Below the pieces are notes generated by a model that saw only the letters and a program-made list of their open reading frames with translations, was not told where the DNA came from and ran no database searches. Below are positions 1-8,401 of a DNA stretch of 12,315 nt, one piece after another (the first letter of the stretch is position 1; each line of letters opens with the position of its first letter). A program made the position numbers and the translations under genes. The stretch comes from a bacterium (GTDB lineage: Bacteria > Zhuqueibacterota > Zhuqueibacteria > Oceanimicrobiales > Oceanimicrobiaceae), in contig JBHHXT010000143.1 in NCBI GenBank assembly GCA_046757165.1, positions 1 to 12,315 of the forward strand. Direction: 5' to 3'.

Positions 1-164
1 TGCTGGCTTTTGGATTTTAACTTGTTGATTAGATTGTTTATCATCTTTTGTGATCTCTTGTTATTTATTTAACCGACCTGAATTTCACTCTTATGAGGAT
101 TCAGAGTCGTTCAGAGTTGTAAGATCATTCTTTGGTTGCCATGGCTCCAGCCAAAAACCAGAAG

Positions 165-2921
165 CTAAGTCTGAAATTGTTCCCATTTTTTCAGGGCCGT
201 TTCCAGTTTGCTGGCATTCACGGGTTTAGTGACATAGTCATCCATGCCCGCCTCGAGGCACTTCTCCCGGTCGCCCCGCATGGCATTGGCGGTCATGGCG
301 ATGATGGTGATGTGGCTGGCCGGGTTCTGCTGCGAGCGGATGGCGCGTGTCGCCTCAAAACCATCCATCACCGGCATCTGGCAGTCCATCAACACGAGAT
401 CGTAGGGCACTAGTTTGACCGCGTTGACGGCTTCTTTGCCGTTGGCCACACAGTCCACGCGATAGCCCAATTTTTGCATCATTTTTGCCGCGACCTTCTG
501 ATTGACAATATTGTCATCTACCACCAGAACCTTTGCATTCTGTCTGCGGTTCTCTGTGAGCGTGTGGCGGGTGACAAGCTTTTTTCTGTTCTCCTCCGTC
601 TCCGCCCGAAGCCCCAGAACCGTGATCAGACAGTCATAAAGCTGCGATTGCTTCAGCGGCTTGGTCATGTACGCCTGAAACCCGATCTCGCGCATTCGTT
701 TGGCATCGCCGCGCTGCCCCAACGAGGTGAGCATGATCAGAATCGTGTCTTTGAGCGCGGCATCGCTCTTGATGGCTTTGCCCAACGCCGCGCCATCCAT
801 GCCGGGCATTTGCATGTCCACGATGGCAATATCGAACGGGGTCGCATTTTCTGCCTGCTGCCGCAGGAGGCTCAATGCGTGCGGGCCGTTCAGCGCTTCA
901 TCGACGGTGCAGCCTCGGGCTTGCAATTGCACCCGCAAAATCTCGCGGTTGATCCGGTGGTCGTCGACCACCAGGATGTGCTTGCCGCTGAGGTCGATAT
1001 CGTCGCGTCGCCGCCGCCGTCTCTCCGGCGGTTGTTTCTCGAGCAGCGTCGTAAACCAGAAGATTGACCCTTTGCTCTCCTCGCTTTCGACGCCGATCTC
1101 ACCGCCCATCATCTCGGCAAGCTGCCGGGAGATGGCCAACCCCAGGCCTGTGCCGCCAAACTTGCGTGTCGTCGAGGCATCCACCTGCGTGAAAGATTGA
1201 AAGAGCTTGCCGAGCGCTGCCTCAGGGATGCCAATGCCGGTATCTCTGACGCTGAAGCGAACGCAGACCTCGTTTTCAGTTTCATGCTCTAATTGGCCGT
1301 GTATGGTAACCTCTCCCTGGCTCGTGAACTTGATGGCATTGTTGGCCAGATTGAGCAGGATTTGGCGCAGACGTCCCGGGTCGCCATGGACGAAGCTTTC
1401 CACTTCAGGGGCCAGAACACAGCCGAACGCCAGACCTTTGTCCTCCGCCTTGAACGCCAGCAGGTCGGCGACGTCGTCGAGCATGGCCTGCAGGTCGAAA
1501 TCGATCATCTCCAGCTCGAGCTTGCCGGCCTCAATCTTGGAAAAGTCCAGGATATCGTTGATGACGGTGAGCAAGACGTCGCCGGAGTTGCGCACCGTTT
1601 CCGCGTACTGACGCTGCTCGTCTGTGAGCTCTGTTTCGAGCAGCAGGCCGGTCATGCCGATGACGCCGTTCATGGGCGTACGGATCTCGTGGCTCATGTT
1701 GGCGAGAAACTCGCTTTTCGCTCTGCTGGCCGCCTCAGCAGCTTCCATGGCCTGTCGCAGTTCCTCTTCTACCCGCTTGCGCTCGGTGATGTCACGCATG
1801 ATGCCGATGAACACCCGCTTTCCCTCCTGCCAGACATCGCTGATCGCCAGCTCGACCGGAAAGGTCGTCCCGTCTTTTCGCATCGCTTCAACCTCACGGT
1901 TGGTGCCGATGATCCTTTTCTCGCCCGTGGCCAGATAGCGAGACAGGTAGTCGTCGTGTCGCTGCCGGTCCGGAGCGGGCATGAGCACGCTGACATTTTT
2001 GCCGACCACTTCTGTCGGGGCATACCCGAAGCACTGCACCGCTGCCCGGTTGAACAATTCAATGGTACCGCGGGTATCGATGGTGATGATGCTGTCCGCG
2101 GCGTTATCCAGGATGGCCCACAGGTTGGCCTCACTCTCTGCCAGCCGGGCGGTCCGCTCTGCCACACGGCTCTCGAGCGCCGCCTTGCTGGCAACGATGG
2201 ACCGACGATGACGAATTTCAATCATGGCGATGCTGGCGAAGAGAACCGGGAAAAAAAGAGTGATCACTTGATTGATGCGCGTCAGCTCGGCTCGGTCTCG
2301 GGCAACCACCGCCCGCATGGCGTGCGCAACCTTCTCACTTCGATGCAGAATCTCCTTGAAAACAGCATCATAGGCCTGGTCCTCGGTGTCTCCGGTTCTC
2401 CCGCTTGTTTCCCGATTCTGCCAACGCTGTTCGGTCATTGCGCGCCAACGTCCCACGGCCTCCTGCAGCCTTAGCAGATGCTGGCGTGCCCGGGGATCGG
2501 TCACGGCTTCAATGGTGCCAAGTGCAGTCTCGCCCCCGTTCAGTCCGGCGGCAATCAGCGCCAGCGCACTATCAATCTGCTGGTAGATGTCCCGCTGGAG
2601 CTCGATACTCTCGTCCCCGGTCAATGCCTCCTCGAACCAGAGATGCGCAACCGCGATCTTCAGCCGCACTGCGTCGCTGAGACGGATTAACACCGCGTCC
2701 CGGTCAAAGGTGTGCGACATGAGCCGCTGGGAATAGAAAACCATGGCCACTGCCACCAGCCCCACCGCAAGCAAACCTGCGGACAAGAGATCAAAGGATG
2801 CCGGCCTTTTGAAAATCTTCAATCTGAATGCTCCTTTCCGAGTCTCGTCGGCGCCCGCCCGGGACGTTTTTTGACTCTTTTGAGTGCTTGAAATCTGATC
2901 GGTCTTTTCCTGTATCGGCAC
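165..2921 (-). CDS. Membrane-bound hybrid sensor histidine kinase/response regulator (2 TM + extracytoplasmic domain, PAS, HisKA, HATPase_c, two REC domains)
   Basis: 918-aa ORF. Two hydrophobic segments ([34 protein letters not shown]), a PAS/PAC domain, H-box [16 protein letters not shown]-box [15 protein letters not shown]-boxes DTGIG and GGTGLGL, and two receiver domains ([38 protein letters not shown]). No HPt domain seen. The real start may be the in-frame TTG at 2822, which has AAAGGAG 8 nt upstream. Confidence 0.95.
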   Translation of the reverse strand: MPIQEKTDQISSTQKSQKTSRAGADETRKGAFRLKIFKRPASFDLLSAGLLAVGLVAVAMVFYSQRLMSHTFDRDAVLIRLSDAVRLKIAVAHLWFEEALTGDESIELQRDIYQQIDSALALIAAGLNGGETALGTIEAVTDPRARQHLLRLQEAVGRWRAMTEQRWQNRETSGRTGDTEDQAYDAVFKEILHRSEKVAHAMRAVVARDRAELTRINQVITLFFPVLFASIAMIEIRHRRSIVASKAALESRVAERTARLAESEANLWAILDNAADSIITIDTRGTIELFNRAAVQCFGYAPTEVVGKNVSVLMPAPDRQRHDDYLSRYLATGEKRIIGTNREVEAMRKDGTTFPVELAISDVWQEGKRVFIGIMRDITERKRVEEELRQAMEAAEAASRAKSEFLANMSHEIRTPMNGVIGMTGLLLETELTDEQRQYAETVRNSGDVLLTVINDILDFSKIEAGKLELEMIDFDLQAMLDDVADLLAFKAEDKGLAFGCVLAPEVESFVHGDPGRLRQILLNLANNAIKFTSQGEVTIHGQLEHETENEVCVRFSVRDTGIGIPEAALGKLFQSFTQVDASTTRKFGGTGLGLAISRQLAEMMGGEIGVESEESKGSIFWFTTLLEKQPPERRRRRRDDIDLSGKHILVVDDHRINREILRVQLQARGCTVDEALNGPHALSLLRQQAENATPFDIAIVDMQMPGMDGAALGKAIKSDAALKDTILIMLTSLGQRGDAKRMREIGFQAYMTKPLKQSQLYDCLITVLGLRAETEENRKKLVTRHTLTENRRQNAKVLVVDDNIVNQKVAAKMMQKLGYRVDCVANGKEAVNAVKLVPYDLVLMDCQMPVMDGFEATRAIRSQQNPASHITIIAMTANAMRGDREKCLEAGMDDYVTKPVNASKLETALKKWEQFQT

Positions 2922-2990
2922 GACTTCCGTATCCTGTTAAGAATATTGGGATTCGCGAATTCATACAGCGTAACTATCTATTCAGGTAGA

Positions 2991-3015
2991 TAGGCTGTAG
3001 ACTTTTAGGCTGTAG
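2991..3015. repeat. Short direct repeat TAGGCTGTAG x2 (degenerate heptamer-type tandem repeat)
   Basis: TAGGCTGTAG at 2991-3000 and 3006-3015 in the divergent intergenic region. Confidence 0.6.
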
Positions 3016-3212
3016 GAAGTGAGTCAAGAATCCTGGAAGCTGAAAAGGTCTTAGTTAGGAGCGTTGATTGGTTAGTTATTTGGGTTTTGCGCAATGCTCT
3101 GGTCAACTGCGGTCCATCACTCTCATTTTTGTTGCATTTCGTCAGAATAATTTCTACTTCTCTTTATTGCTCAATCTGAGAGATATGATTGCACTGCTTC
3201 GCTCTTAATGAT

Positions 3213-3230
3213 CATGAATCAAAATTCATG
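3213..3230. promoter_or_regulatory. Perfect 7-4-7 palindrome, possible operator or small hairpin
   Basis: CATGAAT-CAAA-ATTCATG followed by CTTTTTT, 30-40 nt upstream of the first gene of the + strand operon. Confidence 0.3.
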
Positions 3231-3259
3231 CTTTTTTCGGAGGACATAACCATCAAGAC

Positions 3260-4069
3260 TTGGTGACTGGTATGAAGGAGAAACAAAAACAAAATCAAGA
3301 ATCGAGCTTTCCAGGCTCATTGTTCAAGTTTCTGACCTCGATAAACCGCAACACGGTCTATGCGATTGGACTCCTGGTGCTGCCGGCGGCGATTCTTTTT
3401 GCTTATCTGACCGGCACAAAAATCGAGTTCAAAGACTTTGCCATCACTCCGATTTCTCACGCGAAACATGAACAGTTGCATACCTTTCAGGAAGGAGAAA
3501 AAGCGTTTGTTCCGGTTGATGCCTTCCTCGAGGTCTCGCGCGACCACTTTCGCGCCGGAATGACCGTGCCGGAGATTGAAGATGTAGTCAAACAACTGAT
3601 AGAGGACAACAATAAAATGGGGGATGAAATCGAACGCATGAAGGCGCTTCGTGCTGCCCGTCGAGACAGTCTCCTCCGGTACCAAGACAGGCTGAGCGCC
3701 CTCGATTCCACGCTGGAAGCTTGTTTGACCAGAGAGAAACACACCAGATATACGATCTACTTTTTCACCTCTGACGACAACCGGCATCTCACTGCTAAGA
3801 TGGCACAGAAACTAAAGGTGGAGGGCTTTCGGGTCACCTCTCCGGAGGATTGGGTGACGCGCACGAAAAACAACATCATCTATTTCAGCGGGTCGGATGA
3901 GGCAAAAGAAGTTGCGACAGAAGTGATAACGCTTCTCAACACAGATGCGGACCTTGCGGTCGATTTCCCGGAAGCGCCGTCGTTACAGCCTGAGCAGTCC
4001 AGGCAAAAAGATGTTTTGATCGAACTCAAATCGAATTTGCACGCGGGAGGAGGAAACAATGGGTCATAG
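3260..4069 (+). CDS. Hypothetical single-pass membrane protein with coiled coil and possible LytR_C-like C-terminal domain
   Basis: 269-aa ORF (ATG at 3272 is an alternative start). TM segment VYAIGLLVLPAAILFAYLTG, heptad-like stretch IEDVVKQLIEDNNKMGDEIERMKALRAARRDSLLRYQDRLSALDSTLE, and a C-terminal pattern (A..LK.EGF.V...IIYF...A.EV...DVLIEL) resembling LytR_C. Overlaps the next gene. Confidence 0.8.
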   Translation: MVTGMKEKQKQNQESSFPGSLFKFLTSINRNTVYAIGLLVLPAAILFAYLTGTKIEFKDFAITPISHAKHEQLHTFQEGEKAFVPVDAFLEVSRDHFRAGMTVPEIEDVVKQLIEDNNKMGDEIERMKALRAARRDSLLRYQDRLSALDSTLEACLTREKHTRYTIYFFTSDDNRHLTAKMAQKLKVEGFRVTSPEDWVTRTKNNIIYFSGSDEAKEVATEVITLLNTDADLAVDFPEAPSLQPEQSRQKDVLIELKSNLHAGGGNNGS

Positions 4070-4826
4070 AGCGTCAAAAGCAGCAATTCCGGGAACATTG
4101 CTGCTGACCGTGCTCGCGTGTCTGGCGAGCTCAGGCTGCCATCCGGTACCGATACAGATCGGGCGAACGTCTCAGATCGACTTTTACACGCAATATTACG
4201 ACTTCAGCGGTGTCGATCAACCCGACTCGGTCCTGGTCGAGCTCGTCGGGCAACAGAATTTCAACATTCTCCTGAGAAAATACAAACGCAATGAAACGCT
4301 CAAAACCTACCTGAGAGATTCGATCGAGGTGAGAGGCGCCCTCAACTTCTCCATCTACCCGATGCCAACCGCCAGGAAGGACTCCTTCTTTGTGGATGGC
4401 ATTGGCAGATATGCGTTGGTTTACAAAAGAACCAATAATATCATGCTCTCGGGTGATTTTTATATCAAGAATAATCGCTTCTCCATTCAAGACCTGGAGA
4501 AGAACGTGCTGAGAATTCATGTAGAGCAATCGTTGATTCGATACTCACATCCGGACTCGGTGAGTTATTTCGAAAGCGATTCTGTTTTCTTCAACATTAG
4601 AATGAAAACCATCTCCTCGAAAAAGGGAATTTACCGCATCGACTACGCTGCCAGGCATAACCTGATCTATGGAAATCGAATCATCGGATATCTCGAGTAT
4701 GACAAGTTGCCGGCGAACAAGTACAAGCTCATCGATGTGCGGGGCAGGAGCTTTGTCAAGAATGATTATATGAAGCATTTGCAAACATCGGAACGGGACT
4801 CATCGGCACAGTATAGCGCTAAATGA
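4059..4826 (+). CDS. Hypothetical lipoprotein
   Basis: 255-aa ORF with a strong SD (GGAGGAGG) before the ATG, a basic N-region, a hydrophobic core (LLLTVLACLA) and lipobox-like ASSGC. The mature part is rich in Tyr/Phe. Coupled to the next gene by an ATGA overlap. Confidence 0.8.
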   Translation: MGHRASKAAIPGTLLLTVLACLASSGCHPVPIQIGRTSQIDFYTQYYDFSGVDQPDSVLVELVGQQNFNILLRKYKRNETLKTYLRDSIEVRGALNFSIYPMPTARKDSFFVDGIGRYALVYKRTNNIMLSGDFYIKNNRFSIQDLEKNVLRIHVEQSLIRYSHPDSVSYFESDSVFFNIRMKTISSKKGIYRIDYAARHNLIYGNRIIGYLEYDKLPANKYKLIDVRGRSFVKNDYMKHLQTSERDSSAQYSAK

Positions 4827-6472
4827 CAACATTCAGGGTCTGGAGCTCGGTATGTCTTCTGGTCGCATGGGGAGGGGCTCAGGGGCTGGCTCAACCAGGC
4901 CGAATCCGTGACATTGCCGGCATTAAGTTCGAGTATTGCAACCCGGATTCCCTGCGCCGGACGAACAATCCTCTGGTTATCTGTGTTCCCGGCTTCACAC
5001 AACACAATCGCAGCCAGGAATTCTCCCTTTTGAAGGATTTCTTCACAGCACGCAATTTTTCCGTCCTGATCATGAATCCGCCGCAACACGGCGAGGTGTA
5101 CACCCTCGGGAAGCTCTACTCCTGGGGGGAAAACGAGGTGCAGGACCTGGTCACGCTGTCGGACTCCTTGCAGATTTGGCACCAGCACGACGAAGTCCAT
5201 GTGCTCGGGTTTTCGATTGGCGCCAAGATCGTTTTGCGGTTTGCTGCGCTGCCGGCGGTCAGAGATTCGATCGCTTCGGTGGTGGCCATCGCGGCGCCCT
5301 ATCGGATCGGGGCGATCAACATGCGGCCGTCAACGGATCTCAGGCTCATCACGGAAGGGGTGCGGTCCAATTTTCGCGCCGTTCGCAGAGCCAGCATCTT
5401 ACGGATCCTGTACATGGTTGCCGTCGGCATGCCGAAGGCGCTTTTGGTCAACAAAGCGACACCGGCAAAGGAAATCGATGCCATCCGCGCCCCGACGCTC
5501 CTGCTGCATGCCGCCGATGATTGGATGACGAAATCCCTCCACTCGGCGAAGCTGTTCGGGCGCGCCAGCCAAGACCAGCCCTTCGCGTTTGTTGCCCTCA
5601 ATACCCGCACACACGCCGAAGACATGCTGACGCGGGCAAAGCCCGTGCTCCGAAGAGCCTTCCTCGACATCCTGGACAACTGGCTCGGCTTCGTCCGAAA
5701 CAGCGCGCTGCCACGCTCCAAAGTCGGTTTTGACCAGCAGGTTCACCACCGACTGCGGCAAATCCCGGCGGTCGATTCCGTCCTCTATCCGACCGAGCGA
5801 GTCTCTCTCATGAGCAGTCCGACCCTGCACGACTTCAACACCGGCCTCTGGCTCAGCGCTGCGGATGACAACCATTCGCTCCTGACCGTCAATTCTACCT
5901 TCAAGCTCAACGAAAACAGCTTTGCCAAACATTATGTCACCTTTGGCTCCACAAACCTGAGCGGCTCGCTCTTGCAGAAAATCCGGCTCGGCCTGAGCTG
6001 GCAGCAGAACGCCGTGGGCAAGCTTTCGGCTCCCCGCGGCCAGGTTTCTCTCTATTATCCGGTCGGCTCGTTTATCTGGCTGCGACGTCTGAGCTATCTG
6101 CAATCATTGGATCACAACCTCAGACAAAGAATCGTCTCAGCAGACCTGGCGTTCCTGGTTCTGGATTTCCAGCTCAACTACGGCAAATTTGTCGATTCGA
6201 AGAACGACCTGCAGCTCGCGTTCAATTTTCCCCTTTTCGGAAACGCGGCGGCCAGCACATTCTTTGGGCTGGGGTACAGCCGCTTTCTCTCCGATGTCCC
6301 CGGGCCTCTGTTCAAGAATGAATTGAAGCTCTATCTGGTGTTGGGACCCAGGGTCACCCTCGCCCGGGCCCGGGTGCGGGCCACGCTGCAATACCAGCAA
6401 AGTGGCCTGAACCCAGCCGGCGCGGACAGAATCTGGAGTTTGGGGGTGTCGTTCAATTTTCGGGAGCGATGA
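4823..6472 (+). CDS. Secreted alpha/beta-fold hydrolase fused to a putative C-terminal outer-membrane beta-barrel
   Basis: 549-aa ORF with a signal peptide (VCLLVAWGGAQGLA). Oxyanion-like VPGF, nucleophile elbow GFSIG (Ser131), PTLLLHAADD (Asp232/233) and THAE (His264). The C-terminal ~200 aa form amphipathic beta-strands ending WSLGVSFNF-RER. Confidence 0.85.
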   Translation: MTTFRVWSSVCLLVAWGGAQGLAQPGRIRDIAGIKFEYCNPDSLRRTNNPLVICVPGFTQHNRSQEFSLLKDFFTARNFSVLIMNPPQHGEVYTLGKLYSWGENEVQDLVTLSDSLQIWHQHDEVHVLGFSIGAKIVLRFAALPAVRDSIASVVAIAAPYRIGAINMRPSTDLRLITEGVRSNFRAVRRASILRILYMVAVGMPKALLVNKATPAKEIDAIRAPTLLLHAADDWMTKSLHSAKLFGRASQDQPFAFVALNTRTHAEDMLTRAKPVLRRAFLDILDNWLGFVRNSALPRSKVGFDQQVHHRLRQIPAVDSVLYPTERVSLMSSPTLHDFNTGLWLSAADDNHSLLTVNSTFKLNENSFAKHYVTFGSTNLSGSLLQKIRLGLSWQQNAVGKLSAPRGQVSLYYPVGSFIWLRRLSYLQSLDHNLRQRIVSADLAFLVLDFQLNYGKFVDSKNDLQLAFNFPLFGNAAASTFFGLGYSRFLSDVPGPLFKNELKLYLVLGPRVTLARARVRATLQYQQSGLNPAGADRIWSLGVSFNFRER

Positions 6473-6476
6473 TTTC

Positions 6477-6500
6477 TTATTGTTTTATTGTTTTATTGTT
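6477..6500 (+). repeat. Octamer tandem repeat (TTATTGTT)x3
   Basis: Three perfect copies starting 5 nt after the hydrolase stop codon. Confidence 0.8.
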
Positions 6501-6624
6501 GGCTGGATTCAGCAGGAAAACCATGATGAAACTCAACTTTTCAGGCCGATAGGTTGTAATCTCGAAATTCAAAAAAAACTGACCCACAAAAAAGTCTTGT
6601 CAAAAAATGACAGAACTTGACCAG

Positions 6625-6664
6625 AACAATGGAGCAATAGAACAATGAAACAACAAAATAATCA
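6625..6664 (-). repeat. Degenerate octamer tandem repeat (AACAATRR-type)x5, inverted relative to 6477-6500
   Basis: AACAATGG AGCAATAG AACAATGA AACAACAA AATAATCA, running into the stop codon of the - strand membrane gene. Confidence 0.7.
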
Positions 6665-7480
6665 AATCAACCCCACATGCGGCTGGACAAAGGCAACGAT
6701 GATGGTCGTGATCACGGTCAGCCAGATTGCTACATAAAGCGGGACAAAGAACAGCCGCCTCTGCAACATGTGCGGGAATTTGATCTCCTTGCCGGCAAAT
6801 TTGCCCCGCGGCTTATTGGGGAAGAAAAAGGTTTTGTAGGTTTCGATGGTCCCGATGGTGTAGCCCAGCGCGCCGAAGCAGATAAAGAGATAATTGTCGG
6901 TGAAGTGGGCCAGCATGTAGGCATAGGACAGCGCCATCAGCGGACTGCGGAAGAATTTCAATATCTCGAACCCTTCCTTCGGCGCATCTTTCCAGGCGCC
7001 ACCAAAGGCTGAAATCCAGCCGCCGATGCTGCCGATGGTCATCACAACCAGGAGGCCGGATGGCTGAAAGTGGCCCTGCAGATAGTGCACGCCGTACACC
7101 GTCACGATCAGACCCGCCAGATAGGCGGCGCCGGCCGAGAGTCTGGCCGCGCGACTCCTGACCACGTTGCCCTGCACGCTGAACTGCATCGGAATAAAGT
7201 ACTTCGATTGGTCTTGCTCGCGCAGAAAGGTTTTGTAATACTCGATGATGGCGCGCTCGATCACATAAGTGAAGCCGTACAGCACCACCATGTTGGCCGC
7301 CTGCGTCACGTCTAGCTGCGAGATCTTGACCACGGCAACCGCGATCACCCCGCTGAGTATCGTGCTTCTGAAGTACCTTGGCCATGAAAAGCCTTCATAG
7401 GGCGCATCTTTGTACATGCCCCAGGTCGAGGTGTGCAAGCCAGCACAGAGTCCGATGATCAATGCCACGAAAAGTTCCAT
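6662..7480 (-). CDS. Hypothetical polytopic membrane protein (~8 TM) with internal duplication
   Basis: 272-aa ORF with SD GGGAGGGAG upstream and about eight hydrophobic segments. Duplicated motifs: WGMYKDAPYEGFSWPRYFRS / GGAWKDAPKEGFEILKFFRS and IEYYKTF / IETYKTF. Confidence 0.85.
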   Translation of the reverse strand: MELFVALIIGLCAGLHTSTWGMYKDAPYEGFSWPRYFRSTILSGVIAVAVVKISQLDVTQAANMVVLYGFTYVIERAIIEYYKTFLREQDQSKYFIPMQFSVQGNVVRSRAARLSAGAAYLAGLIVTVYGVHYLQGHFQPSGLLVVMTIGSIGGWISAFGGAWKDAPKEGFEILKFFRSPLMALSYAYMLAHFTDNYLFICFGALGYTIGTIETYKTFFFPNKPRGKFAGKEIKFPHMLQRRLFFVPLYVAIWLTVITTIIVAFVQPHVGLI

Positions 7481-7555
7481 AGTTGGGCCACTCCCTCCCG
7501 TTGTTAAAAAGATGTATGATACGCATTATTTGGGATTATGTAAAGAAGAATGTAA

Positions 7556-7611
7556 GTCATGGATCAGTTACGGTGAGAGTAGTGCAGGCATCCTGCCTGC
7601 AGTCTGGAAGA
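7556..7611 (+). repeat. 56-bp dispersed repeat, copy 1, containing a GTAG-REP-like hairpin
   Basis: 53/56 identical to 8402-8457. Contains GTAG followed by TGCAGGCA-TCC-TGCCTGCA (8-bp stem). Confidence 0.9.
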
Positions 7612-7688
7612 CTGTTAGCGTCGTCTGCGACTTCGCGCGGAGGACGTGGTCCCTTCGCAGCAGTTGTAAGACCGAAAAGCGTTGACTG

Positions 7689-7716
7689 TAGATCGTAAAT
7701 CATAGATCGTCAATCA
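7689..7716. repeat. Heptamer tandem repeat x4
   Basis: TAGATCG TAAATCA TAGATCG TCAATCA, overlapping the Nudix stop codon. Confidence 0.65.
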
Positions 7717-8337
7717 CATATCGTATATCTCATGCAGTCCTTGCAGAAAATGATGCGTAATGCGCGCGGTCAACCCCCACAGGTTCACAACCTCAGATGC
7801 ATCAGATGGTTTGAATTTGAAGTTTAAAGTTACCAATTCCTGATAATCGTCAAAATCAAGGTGCGGCCGGAGTTGCTCATAAAGCCCCCCGACCGGAATC
7901 TCGATGATGCGCTCCACCTCGAATTTGCTGCGTTGGTAGGTTGGCGGTGTTGCTGCCCAGCCAACGTGTGCCGCGGCGTCATATCTGGAGGTGAGTGTCT
8001 CGAAAAAACCCATTTCGCCCACATAGTCGTAGCAGCTCTCCGGCACACCGATCTCTTCGAGCGTCTCCCGGGCCGCGGCATGCCGGCTGGAGCCATCCTC
8101 CGGATCGATCTTGCCGCCGGGAAAAGCCATCTGCCCGCTGTGAAGATTCGGACCGCTGGTTTTGCGAATGTACACCAGGTGGGTACGGTTGTCTCGATTG
8201 AAGAACAGCATCAGGATAGCGGATGGGATGTAGCCCGCACGCATCTGGCGCCGCTTTGGGACATGGTCGATGATCCGTTGGATCGCGTGTTTGCTCAGCA
8301 GCATACCCTCATCATCGTCGGTGAACCTGTCTCGCAT
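7714..8337 (-). CDS. Nudix hydrolase, CoA pyrophosphatase (NudL/Pcd1-type) subfamily
   Basis: NuCoA-like motif HSGQMAFPGG directly before the Nudix box GKIDPEDGSSRHAAARETLEEIGV, and C-terminal LWGLTA typical of CoA pyrophosphatases. Confidence 0.9.
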   Translation of the reverse strand: MRDRFTDDDEGMLLSKHAIQRIIDHVPKRRQMRAGYIPSAILMLFFNRDNRTHLVYIRKTSGPNLHSGQMAFPGGKIDPEDGSSRHAAARETLEEIGVPESCYDYVGEMGFFETLTSRYDAAAHVGWAATPPTYQRSKFEVERIIEIPVGGLYEQLRPHLDFDDYQELVTLNFKFKPSDASEVVNLWGLTARITHHFLQGLHEIYDM

Positions 8338-8401
8338 TTAGATGCAAACACTAAAGGTCGACAATTCCTTCGAAATTCACAATGAAAATCTGGTTGCAAT
8401 T

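Noticed and set aside
1..130. T-rich low-complexity sequence downstream of the kinase
   Set aside because: No clean repeat period or strong hairpin could be established, and it is cut by the window edge.
474..2690. Long + strand ORFs (e.g. 1293..2474, 474..1067, 700..1200)
   Set aside because: Antisense shadows of the well-supported kinase gene in GC-rich DNA, with no recognisable motifs.
7614..7686. Integron attC site
   Set aside because: GTTAGCG resembles a core site, but the RYYYAAC...GTTRRRY order is not satisfied on either strand, and there is no integrase or cassette array.
7410..7698. Small + strand ORFs 7410..7685 and 7483..7698
   Set aside because: They are translations across the repeat and hairpin region with no coding evidence.
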